DNA from: an uncultured delta proteobacterium
Lineage (GTDB): Bacteria; Desulfobacterota; Syntrophia; Syntrophales; Fen-1087
Assembly: GCA_963709485.1 (NCBI GenBank)
Contig: CAVPWE010000005.1
Span: 207,608 to 271,607 of the forward strand
Reading direction: 5' to 3'
Length of the DNA stretch: 64,000 nucleotides
A model generated the notes under the pieces. It was not told where the DNA came from. It saw only the letters and a program-made list of their open reading frames with translations, and ran no database searches. Shown piece by piece: positions 29,282-38,078 of the stretch; within the stretch, counting starts at the first letter, position 1, and every line of letters begins with the position of its first letter. Made by a program: the position numbers and the translations under genes.

Positions 29282-30376
29282 ATGAAAACACTCCTCAAGG
29301 AAATCCGTCGCAATCCGCTGCTCTGGCTGCTGGTATTCGCGCCCGCGTTGTTTGCCGCCGCGGAGATCAAGCCCGAAGCACACACGCTGCTCTTCGTGCT
29401 GTCCGTGCTGGCCATCGTGCCCCTGGCCGCACTGTTGAGTCGTGCCACCGAATCGGTGGCGTCCAGGACGGGCGATGCGGTAGGCGGCCTGCTTAACGCC
29501 ACGCTGGGAAATCTGACCGAACTGGTCATTGCTCTTACAGCCCTGCGCGCCGGGCAGTACATGCTGGTGAAAGCGTCCATTGCCGGCGCGATTGTCACCA
29601 ACGCTTTGTTCATGTTGGGCGTGTCGTTTCTCCTGGGCGGACTCAAGCACCACGTTCAGGAATACAACCGGGTCAGCGCCCGTCTACAGGCCGCCCTGCT
29701 TTTCCTGGCCACGATCGCGCTGTTGATACCTTCGGCGGTCGCCGAAGCAGACTCGGCAGCGTGGGCAGCGTTCACTCAGAAGTTGAGTTTGGGGCTGGCG
29801 GTGCTGCTCATTGCCGGCTATGGGTTGGGCATGCTGTTCTCGCTCAAGACGCACCGCGAGCTGTTTGCCAGTGTGGATCATGCCGAAGCCGGCGAAGCGC
29901 CGTGGCCCATCGGTCTGGCCCTGGCCACGCTGGCCGGTGTCACGGTGCTGGTGGCCCTGGTGAGTGAAGTCTTCGTCGAGTCGGTGCAGAAGGCGGCGGA
30001 GACCTTCGGGATGACGCCCGCGTTCGTCGGTTTCATCGTCGTGTCGCTGGTCGGCGGCGCGGCGGAAATGGCCTCGGCGTTTTCGGGTGCGCGCAAAAAC
30101 CGGCTCGATTTGAGCGTGGGCATTGCCCTGGGCAGCGCGTCGCAAATCGCGCTCTTCGTTGCTCCGGTTCTTGTGCTCGTGAGCTATTTCATCGGACCGA
30201 CGCCGATGGACCTGCAATTCTGGCCGGGCGCGGTGGTGATGATGCTTATCGCCACCCTCACCGCATCGCTCGTCACGAACAGCGGTCGGTCGGCGTGGTT
30301 CGTCGGGGTGCTGGTGTTGATGGTCTATCTGATCTTCGCCATGACGCTGTACCTGCTCCCGCCCCAAGCGCCGTGA
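29282..30376 (+). CDS. Ca2+/H+ antiporter (CaCA/CAX family)
   Basis: 364 aa with about 11 TM segments. Alpha-repeat motifs GNLTELVIAL and GGAAEMASA are present. Confidence 0.85.
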   Translation: MKTLLKEIRRNPLLWLLVFAPALFAAAEIKPEAHTLLFVLSVLAIVPLAALLSRATESVASRTGDAVGGLLNATLGNLTELVIALTALRAGQYMLVKASIAGAIVTNALFMLGVSFLLGGLKHHVQEYNRVSARLQAALLFLATIALLIPSAVAEADSAAWAAFTQKLSLGLAVLLIAGYGLGMLFSLKTHRELFASVDHAEAGEAPWPIGLALATLAGVTVLVALVSEVFVESVQKAAETFGMTPAFVGFIVVSLVGGAAEMASAFSGARKNRLDLSVGIALGSASQIALFVAPVLVLVSYFIGPTPMDLQFWPGAVVMMLIATLTASLVTNSGRSAWFVGVLVLMVYLIFAMTLYLLPPQAP

Positions 30377-30458
30377 AAGCGCAGTCCATGCCTGCACCGC
30401 GCAAACCGGCAGGTTATGGAGACTAAAGATGAAAAAGAACGAAATGAATGCAACCGAA

Positions 30459-30572
30459 CCTCTTCCCGATCCCCATCATCTGAATTGATTCCCCCCATTT
30501 TCATGGGGGACCAAAGTCCAGTGCGCCTAGGACCAAGGTCCAATTTACAGGCTGCACCGGAAGGGATATTCA
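30459..30572 (+). promoter_or_regulatory. Copy C of the tandem-palindrome operator plus promoter, upstream of the receiver/CoA-transferase genes
   Basis: GGGACCAAAGTCCA-N7-TAGGACCAAGGTCC (30507-30541), then 2 nt, TTTACA (30544-30549), 17 nt and TATTCA (30567-30572). Confidence 0.6.
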
Positions 30573-30694
30573 ATCCGTAAACAGGGAAACTGATTTTTCC
30601 CTCTTGCCGATTGTTCCCGCATGGAACCGCCGGCACCGGATAACCCGCATCCATCCAAGCGGTGCTTCAACCGATGAGAAAGGCCGGTGACACG

Positions 30695-31135
30695 ATGCTC
30701 CCGATGACAGACACCGTTTTCATCGTGGACGATGATGCGTCCGTGCGCAAAGCCTTGCGCCGGCTGCTGAGATCCGCCCAATACCGTGTTCAGACCTTCA
30801 CGTCGGCCGAGGAGTTTCGATTGTCCGGTTTTAACAGCGAACGGGGCTGTCTGCTTCTTGATATCAGACTGCCGGGAATCAGCGGATTTGAACTTCAGGA
30901 AGAGCTGCTTGCCTCGGGCGTGCAAATGCCCGTGGTCTTCGTAACGGGTCATGACCTTCCCGGAATGGAGGAACGGGCGATGCTTCTGGGAGCCGCGGCA
31001 TACCTGCGCAAACCCTTCGATGAAAAGGCTCTGTTATCCTCCGTTCGCATTGCCATCCAATTACGATTCAACAGCAGGACGAATAAAACAAAATCACCCC
31101 CCGCATCGAAGCAAACGGAACAGGAGGAGCGATGA
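30695..31135 (+). CDS. Stand-alone response-regulator receiver protein
   Basis: Contains MTDTVFIVDDD, LLLDIRLPGISG, FVTGHD and YLRKPF. There is no output domain, only a short polar tail. The ORF is open from 30662 and the start is uncertain. Confidence 0.85.
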   Translation: MLPMTDTVFIVDDDASVRKALRRLLRSAQYRVQTFTSAEEFRLSGFNSERGCLLLDIRLPGISGFELQEELLASGVQMPVVFVTGHDLPGMEERAMLLGAAAYLRKPFDEKALLSSVRIAIQLRFNSRTNKTKSPPASKQTEQEER

Positions 31136-33117
31136 GCGAGCGCAAAATTGTCAGTCCGGTCGTGGATGACATCAAGGCCCATATGAAGCGGGGGAAGATC
31201 GTTTCGGCGGATGAGGCTGTGCGCGTCATCCGAAGCGGCGACACGGTTGCCCTGGACGGCGTCATGGGAGGGGGCGCCCCTGATGAACTGATCATCGCCC
31301 TCGAGAAGCGGTTTCTGGAGAGCGGAAAGCCCCGGGGGTTGACGCTGGTGTACGCCTCGGGAATCGGTGACGGGAAGGAGAAGGGTGTCAACCGCCTTGA
31401 CCATGATGGCCTGTTGAAGCGAGTGGTTGCGGGGCATTGGGGGCTGACGCCAAAACTGCAGAAGCTGGCCGTCGGCGGAAAAATCGAGGCCTACAATTTT
31501 CCCCAGGGTATTCTCGCGCACATGTTCCGCGATATCGCCGCTCATAAACCCCGGACGATTTCGAGCGTCGGCATCGGAACCTTCGTCGATCCGAGGCTGG
31601 GAGGGGGGAAGATCAATGCCATGACAACCGAAGATCTTGTCGAGGTGGTCACCTTCGACGGAAAGGAGTACCTGGCCTACCGGACGATGCCCGTACAGGT
31701 GGCGTTTCTCAGGGGGACGACGGCCGACATGGACGGCAACATCACGATGGAGCGGGAGGCGATGACGCTCGAAGTGCTTCCGATTGCCATGGCGGCCAAG
31801 AACTCCGGCGGCATTGTCGTCGTCCAGGTCGAGCGCATTGCCGACCGGGGCGCCCTGAACCCGCGCCACGTGAAGATTCCCGGGATTCTCGTCGACTGCG
31901 TCGTCGTGGCGCGGCCGGAAAATCACTGGCAGACGTATGGTGTGCAATACAACCCCGCTTTCAGTTGCGAGTTCAAGGTACCGGCCGCCAGCGTCGACCC
32001 GCTCCATATGGATGACCGTAAGATCATCGCCCGGAGGGCGGCGTTCGAACTGAGGCCGAACATGGTCGTCAATCTCGGGATCGGCATGCCGGAAGGTATG
32101 GCCAGCGTGGCCAACGAGGAAGGGATTTTCGAGTACCTGACCCTTACGGCGGAGGCCGGTTCGGTCGGGGGAATCCCGGCCGGCGGGGCGAATTTCGGGG
32201 CTGCCACCAACATGGACTGCCTGCTGGACATGCATTTTCAGTTCGATTTTTACGACGGCGGGGGGCTCGATCTTGCCTGTCTCGGGCTGGCGCAGATGGA
32301 CCGTCTCGGAAACGTGAACGTGAGCCGCTTCGGCCCCAGGCTCGCGGGCTGCGGCGGCTTCATCAACATCAGCCAGAACGCGAAGAAGATGGTCTTCGTG
32401 GGGACCTTCACCGCAGGCGGGACGAAGGTGGATATCGACGACGGGAAGCTCCGGATCGTGAAGGAGGGGGGTGTAAGGAAATTCGTGAACGAGGTTGAAC
32501 AGATCACCTTCAGCGGGAACACGGCGCGGATGAACAACCTCGACGTGATCTTCATCACGGAGCGCTGCGTGTTCACCCTGACCGATGAGGGCGTGGAACT
32601 GACGGAAATCGCACCCGGCGTGGATCTGGAAAAGGACATCCTGGCTTACATGGATTTCAAGCCGATCGTGAAGAACCCCAAGCTGATGGACGAAAGGATC
32701 TTCAAGCTCCCGCCCATGGACCTGAAATCGGATCTCCTCAGCAAGCCGATATCCGAGCGGCTGAAATACGACCCCGCGACGAACATCTTCTATGTCAATT
32801 TCGAGGGCCTCCAGATCCGATCCGCGAAGGACATCGAGGAAATCCGGACGCAAACGGAAGCCATCCTGGGCCCGCTGGGCCGGAAGGTGGACACCATCGT
32901 CAACTACGACAACTTTTCCATTCTGCCGGAACTCGTGGATGCCTATGCCGATGCGGTGAAAAATATTGTTTCGCGCTTCTACGAGAACGTCACCCGGTAC
33001 ACGACCAGCGCCTTCCTGCGAATGAAACTGGGTGACGGGTTGAAGGCGCGGGGGTTTGCCTCGCACGTCTACGAATCCAGGGAGGAGGCCCGCAAAGGGC
33101 TCAAATCCGGCAACTGA
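31132..33117 (+). CDS. Family I acyl-CoA:acetate/3-ketoacid (propionate) CoA-transferase, long form with a roughly 130-aa C-terminal extension
   Basis: Residues 1 to about 530 resemble YdiF/Pct: SADEAV..I.SGDTVA, EAYNFPQG, GIGTFVDPR and NLGIGMPEG. The extra C-terminal region reads NFEGLQIRSAKDIEEIR...VTRYTTSAFLRMKLG. There is an ATGA overlap with the receiver gene. Confidence 0.8.
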   Translation: MSERKIVSPVVDDIKAHMKRGKIVSADEAVRVIRSGDTVALDGVMGGGAPDELIIALEKRFLESGKPRGLTLVYASGIGDGKEKGVNRLDHDGLLKRVVAGHWGLTPKLQKLAVGGKIEAYNFPQGILAHMFRDIAAHKPRTISSVGIGTFVDPRLGGGKINAMTTEDLVEVVTFDGKEYLAYRTMPVQVAFLRGTTADMDGNITMEREAMTLEVLPIAMAAKNSGGIVVVQVERIADRGALNPRHVKIPGILVDCVVVARPENHWQTYGVQYNPAFSCEFKVPAASVDPLHMDDRKIIARRAAFELRPNMVVNLGIGMPEGMASVANEEGIFEYLTLTAEAGSVGGIPAGGANFGAATNMDCLLDMHFQFDFYDGGGLDLACLGLAQMDRLGNVNVSRFGPRLAGCGGFINISQNAKKMVFVGTFTAGGTKVDIDDGKLRIVKEGGVRKFVNEVEQITFSGNTARMNNLDVIFITERCVFTLTDEGVELTEIAPGVDLEKDILAYMDFKPIVKNPKLMDERIFKLPPMDLKSDLLSKPISERLKYDPATNIFYVNFEGLQIRSAKDIEEIRTQTEAILGPLGRKVDTIVNYDNFSILPELVDAYADAVKNIVSRFYENVTRYTTSAFLRMKLGDGLKARGFASHVYESREEARKGLKSGN

Positions 33118-33217
33118 ACCGCGAAATCAGCGATTTGAAAAAAAAATGGAGGATGCTCCTGAAAGTCATCCCTGTCCAGTTGATGATGATGCCTTGAGCT
33201 CGGGAAGGAGATGCAAG

Positions 33218-34541
33218 ATGCTCTGGAACCGGAGGTACATCCTCCAGGAGCTACATCAGATCCTCGCTGTGGCTCACGCCGTTTTTCGCCGTGCTGGCTT
33301 ATATGGTGGTCACCCGCATCACGCACGGCATCGGCGGCTGGCTCCTGCGCACCGGACGCATCGATGAAACGACCGCCTTCCTGGCTTTGTCCATGACGGG
33401 AGCGCGGACGATGCTCGAGACGATCATCACGTTAAATCTTTCCTTCATCGTATTCACATTCGGATCGCTGCTCATTGCGATTCAGGTTGCAGGCGGGCAG
33501 TACACGCCGCGGATCATCGCGACGACACTGCTGCGGAACAACGCGATCCGGTTCACCGTCGGTTATTTCGTCTTTACCCTGTTGTTCACCCTGAGGGTGC
33601 TGACCAGGATGGGCGATGAGGTCGTCCATCAATTCAACACCTTTATTGCAGTGATGCTCGGGGTGGTCTCGCTTGTGGTGTTCCTTTACCTGATCGACTA
33701 CGCCGCGCGGATGCTGCGTCCCGTCAGCCTCGTGCAGAGCGTGGGGAAGTCGGGAATCGCGGTCATCCAAAGCGTATATCCGGAATTAACGGCACCTTCG
33801 CGCCTGCGAAGAGACGTCCGGCAGAGGCGTATCCCCGGACAGGACCGTGGTCAATGCGGGCGCCTCGGGAATCGTGCTTGCCGTGGATTTAAAGGATTGG
33901 TCGAGCAAGCGCGGCATGCCGACGGCATTATTGAATTTGTACCCCAGGTGGGTGATTTCGTGGCGGTGGACGAGCCCCTGTTTCTATTGTATGGCGGCGC
34001 CAGCGCCATCGACGACCGTGCGCTGCGGACAGCTTTCGCGCTCGGCACCGAGCGAACGCTCGAGCAGGATCCGACCTTTGCATTCCGCATCCTCGTCGAT
34101 ATTGCGATCAAAGCGCTGTCACCGGCCATCAATGATCCGACGACAGCCGTGCTCGCCATCGACCAGATACACCGCCTGCTTCGGATGGTCGGGCTGCGGC
34201 ATGTCAGCCGTGAGGAAATCTGCGACAAAACCGGCAAGCTGCGGCTTGTATTCCGGACGCCGAACTGGGAGGACTTCGTTCACATGGCATGCACCGAAAT
34301 TCGTCATTACGGCGCGGGAAGCGTACAGATCATGCGGCGGATGCGCTCAATGCTGGAAAATCTCATGCAAACCCTGCCGCCGCATCGTCATCCCGGTTTG
34401 CGCAAGCAGCTGGAGCTCCTGGATCACACGATTGAGGGGCATTACACCTTTGCCGAGGACCGGGCGCTTGCCCGCATTCCCGACTCGCAGGGGTTGGGCG
34501 GGTCAGCGGTTCGCCCGGACGAGACAACAAGAGGTGGATGA
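33218..34541 (+). pseudogene. DUF2254-like membrane protein with three frame disruptions
   Basis: The ATG at 33218 lies after AAGGAG and reads MLWNRRYILQELHQ. One extra base near 33260 leads to SSLWLTPFFAVLAYMVV. A second shift into the +1 frame occurs between about 33790 and 33840 (RTVVNAGASGIVLAVDLK). The frame returns near 33889 (GLVEQARHADGIIEF). Confidence 0.65.
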
Positions 34542-34673
34542 GCTTACAATCCTCGAGCCCCAAGCAATTTGTCCCGAACACCGATCCGGCAGGGATTCGC
34601 CCGAGGCAGCTTGGAGCGTCCCATCACGGATTCAATCGGGAGGTTTCTCACATATTTCAGGAGAAATGACATC

Positions 34674-35765
34674 ATGAAAACCAAAGTGGCGATTGCCTGT
34701 CAGGGGGGAGGCAGCCAGACTGCCTTCACCGCCGGCGTACTGAAAGCGCTCTGTGAAAACAAGAAGATTCGTGACCATTTTAACATTGTCAGCCTGAGTG
34801 GCACGTCAGGAGGGGCAATTTGTGCCTTCCTCATCTGGTACGCCTATAAGAAAGGCGATGATTGCCTCTGGAAAAGATTAATCGATTTCTGGCAGGACAA
34901 CACCGCCCAAACCGTCCAGGAGCGCCTCTTCAATGATTATGCCATCAAGACGCTGGAATCGGCCAGTCGGGGACTGATTCCCCAATACAACCTCAGCCCC
35001 TCTTCCCCTCTGGTCAAGAACTGGTTTTCCTTTGCCACGCTGGGCCTGCGTCGTCGATTCACCGACTTCAAAGAATTGCTGACAGCCCACATTGATTTCT
35101 CGGAAGTGGCGGCCTGGGGCGCCCAGCCGGAGCCGCCGATCCTGATCATCGGCGCCAGCAACATCCTCACCGGAAGACTGCATAAATTCAATTCCCGTCA
35201 TGAACCGATGAGAATCGAACATCTCCTCGCCTCTGCCTGCGTCCCCAGTATTTTCCCGGCAGTCGTCATTGATACAATGGCCTATTGGGATGGTCTCTTC
35301 TCCGACAATCCGCCCATTGATTCTTTGCTCAATCGCGACTCCGTCGGCCTTAACAACATTGCCCAGGAAATCTGGGTCATCAAGATCAATCCGACGAAGA
35401 GTGACAAGATTCCCGTGTCACCGGCTGAGATTGCCGATCGCCGCAATGAACTGGAAGGGAATGTCTCCCTGTTTCAGGGCCTGCGCGAAGTCGAGGATCT
35501 CAATCGAATAATGATGAGAGGAGCATTCCATAAAGAATTCCTGGCTGAAGGAAATATTGAAGCACCCTTCAAAATACCCAAATTATTCCCGGAAGATCCC
35601 GACCAGCCCTATCACATTCCCATGATCGAAATGTCTGATGATCTGGCAAACAGCCTGACCTATGAGAGCAAATTGGATCGCTCTCCGGAAAGCATCAACC
35701 GGCTCATCCTGGATGGCGAGAGACAAGGGGAAAAGTTTATCGAAGCCAGACTGCGAGAAATGTGA
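34674..35765 (+). CDS. Patatin-like phospholipase
   Basis: Begins MKTKVAIACQGGGSQTAFTAGVL (oxyanion GGG). Contains the GTSGG nucleophile elbow and the DGLFSDNPP catalytic Asp motif. GGAGA lies upstream of the ATG. Confidence 0.85.
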   Translation: MKTKVAIACQGGGSQTAFTAGVLKALCENKKIRDHFNIVSLSGTSGGAICAFLIWYAYKKGDDCLWKRLIDFWQDNTAQTVQERLFNDYAIKTLESASRGLIPQYNLSPSSPLVKNWFSFATLGLRRRFTDFKELLTAHIDFSEVAAWGAQPEPPILIIGASNILTGRLHKFNSRHEPMRIEHLLASACVPSIFPAVVIDTMAYWDGLFSDNPPIDSLLNRDSVGLNNIAQEIWVIKINPTKSDKIPVSPAEIADRRNELEGNVSLFQGLREVEDLNRIMMRGAFHKEFLAEGNIEAPFKIPKLFPEDPDQPYHIPMIEMSDDLANSLTYESKLDRSPESINRLILDGERQGEKFIEARLREM

Positions 35766-36751
35766 TGTCACTTTCACCGCTGCTTCGCATATTGATCGGA
35801 GGGGCCTGTGCCGTCATCATCCTGGCCGGCATGAAGGCCGCATCGCCGGTCCTGAACATCATCCTGCTGGCCTTTCTTCTGGCCCAGAGCGTGATCCCCT
35901 TCCCCGTCTGGCTGATCCGGAAAGGGTTCAAGCCAGGCATCTCCGTGCTTCTGACCATCCTGATTGTCATCATCGGGGGATCTGTAATTCTCTCCGTGCT
36001 GGGAGCGTCGATCGCGGATCTGCTCCATAAGCTTCCCGTCTATCAGGAAAAACTGGCCGGTCTCCGTGACAGCATCACGAACTTCCTGACTGCCCGGGGG
36101 TTCGATGCGGCCAAACTGGTCCCTCTCGACGCAATCCCCCCCAAGCGCATCATCGAACTGGCCGCCGGCATCCTGGGCACCGTGGCCGGCACGATGGGCA
36201 ACGGGCTGCTGCTTCTCATCATCATGATTTTCATGTTGATTGAATTGTTGACGGTGCAGCAAAAGCTCATCGCCGGGGAATACCCCGAAGGGTCTTTCAT
36301 GCACCGATTCGAGGATATCAATCGGGATACCCGGAAATACGTCGCCATCACGGGACTTGCCGGCTTCGTGCAGGCGGCGATCAACGTGGGCGTGCTTGCC
36401 GTGATCGGGGTCGACTATGCCATCACCTTCGGCGTGTTCTTTTTCTTCTGCAATTTCATCCCTGCCGTCGGGTTTTTCATCGCCCTCATCCCGCCTCTGA
36501 TCATTGCCCTGCTCGACAACGGATGGGTTCAGGCCCTTTATGTGCTCGCCGGCTGGTGGCTGGTCAATGTCGTCTTTGACAATGTCATCAAGCCAAAGTT
36601 CATGAAGGAAGGTCTCGACATATCGCTGGTTCTCATTATCGTCGGTGTGATCAGCTGGACCTGGGTGCTGGGGCCTGCGGGGGCCATTCTGGCCATACCG
36701 CTGACGATGGCGGTCGTCCGTCTCGTTCATTTTACAGGAAAGGTTCTATAG
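35762..36751 (+). CDS. AI-2E family (PerM/UPF0118) transporter
   Basis: 329 aa, multi-pass. The conserved C-terminal region is FIPAVGFFIALIPPLIIAL...LGPAGAILAIPLT. The start overlaps the patatin stop. Confidence 0.8.
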   Translation: MMSLSPLLRILIGGACAVIILAGMKAASPVLNIILLAFLLAQSVIPFPVWLIRKGFKPGISVLLTILIVIIGGSVILSVLGASIADLLHKLPVYQEKLAGLRDSITNFLTARGFDAAKLVPLDAIPPKRIIELAAGILGTVAGTMGNGLLLLIIMIFMLIELLTVQQKLIAGEYPEGSFMHRFEDINRDTRKYVAITGLAGFVQAAINVGVLAVIGVDYAITFGVFFFFCNFIPAVGFFIALIPPLIIALLDNGWVQALYVLAGWWLVNVVFDNVIKPKFMKEGLDISLVLIIVGVISWTWVLGPAGAILAIPLTMAVVRLVHFTGKVL

Positions 36752-36818
36752 GCCGTTGTGGACAGCTCCACAACATGATGATATAAGTAATTGAAATTAA
36801 ACAAGCAGGGGGTCAGTC

Positions 36819-38072
36819 ATGAAAATCGCATCGGCACGGTGTCGTCAGGTTTTACCGCCACGGATTATTCCCCGGTTGATGCCGCACCGGGCGGCAGTCA
36901 TTCCTTTGCTTGCCATCCTGTTCATGGTCACGGCGGGCGGTTGCTCAAAAGAACCGCAGCAGGCCCCTCAGCCACCGACGGTGGAGGTGACGACCGTTAC
37001 CCAGAAGGATGTTCCCATCTACCATGAATGGATCGGAACCCTCGACGGGATGGTGAACGCGACCATCCGGGCCCAGGTCCAGGGCTATCTCGTCAAGCAG
37101 AATTACCGTGAAGGCGACATTGTGAAGCGGGGCCAGATCCTCTTTGAGATTGATCCGCGCACCTTCCAGGCGGCCCTGGATCAGGCGAAGGGACAGATGG
37201 AAGCCCAGCAGGCACGGTGGACTACGGCCAAGGCGAACCTGGCCCGCATCAAGCCGCTGGCGGAGCAGAATGCCGTCAGCAAGAAGGACCTCGACGACTC
37301 TATCGGCACGGAGCAGTCTGCCCGTGCGGCGGTGATCTCCGCCCAGGCCGCCGTCGACAAGGCCCTGCTCGACCTGGGTTTCACGAAGATCGCCTCGCCC
37401 GTGGACGGCATCGCCGGCCTTGCCAAGGCCCAGATCGGAAACCTCGTGGGACCGGGGGGAATGGAAGAGCTGACGACGGTCTCGACGGTCAACCCGATCA
37501 AGGTCTACTTCCAGGCGAGCGAGCAGGAATACATCCGGTCTGCGCAACGTGCGGCCTCGTCGAGAGAAAAAAAGGAGGCCGAACTCCTTCTTGCTGACGG
37601 AAGCGTTTACCCGCAAAAAGGCTACTTCGGCTTCGCCGACCGCCAGGTCGACGTGAAGACGGGGACCATCAAAGTGGCAGCCATTTTCCCCAACCCGGAC
37701 AATTTTCTGAGGCCCGGCCAGTACGGAAGGATTCGCGTTGCCACATCTGTCCGAAAGGATGCCCTTCTCGTGCCCCAGCGGTCCGTGTCTGAAGTTCAGG
37801 GGAAATACATGGTGGCCGTGGTGGGAGCAGACAGCAAGGTGGATATCCGGCCCGTCCAGGTCGCCGAGCGGATCGAAAATCTCTGGGTTATCCTCGAAGG
37901 TCTCAAGCCCGGGGAGCGTGTCATTGTCGAGGGGATCCAGAAGGTCCGCCCGGGAATCACAGTGACGCCGAAGGCCCTCGCGGAGACACCGGCAAAGTCC
38001 GAAGCGAAACCGGAGGAGAAGCCCCGGACATCCCCGAAACCGTCCGAGCCTGCGAAGGCCGAGAAGAGGTAG
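36819..38072 (+). CDS. RND efflux periplasmic adaptor (MFP, AcrA/MexA-like)
   Basis: 417 aa with a lipoprotein-like N-terminus (TAGGC). Contains the motifs GQILFEIDPRTFQAALDQAKG and FTKIASPVDGIAG. Confidence 0.9.
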   Translation: MKIASARCRQVLPPRIIPRLMPHRAAVIPLLAILFMVTAGGCSKEPQQAPQPPTVEVTTVTQKDVPIYHEWIGTLDGMVNATIRAQVQGYLVKQNYREGDIVKRGQILFEIDPRTFQAALDQAKGQMEAQQARWTTAKANLARIKPLAEQNAVSKKDLDDSIGTEQSARAAVISAQAAVDKALLDLGFTKIASPVDGIAGLAKAQIGNLVGPGGMEELTTVSTVNPIKVYFQASEQEYIRSAQRAASSREKKEAELLLADGSVYPQKGYFGFADRQVDVKTGTIKVAAIFPNPDNFLRPGQYGRIRVATSVRKDALLVPQRSVSEVQGKYMVAVVGADSKVDIRPVQVAERIENLWVILEGLKPGERVIVEGIQKVRPGITVTPKALAETPAKSEAKPEEKPRTSPKPSEPAKAEKR

Positions 38073-38078
38073 GCTGCC

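Noticed and set aside
24370-30546. The two small palindromes read as tandem RNA hairpins (GGAC-CAAR-GUCC), by analogy with two-hairpin riboswitches such as the mini-ykkC type.
   Set aside because: The stems are only 4-5 bp with no covariation. In all three copies the palindromes sit 2 nt upstream of a -35-like hexamer with conserved spacing, which fits a DNA operator better. This remains the alternative to test by transcription start mapping.
30949-33066. Very long ORFs antisense to real genes: 30949-33066 (-), 43104-45698 (-), 38082-40439 (-), 11373-13436 (+), 56590-58431 (+), 58480-59928 (+), 60566-62071 (+) and 50027-50992 (-).
   Set aside because: These are typical shadow ORFs of a GC-rich genome. 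Their translations are Arg/Gly/Pro/His/Asp-rich with no recognisable motifs, and each overlaps a strongly supported gene on the other strand.
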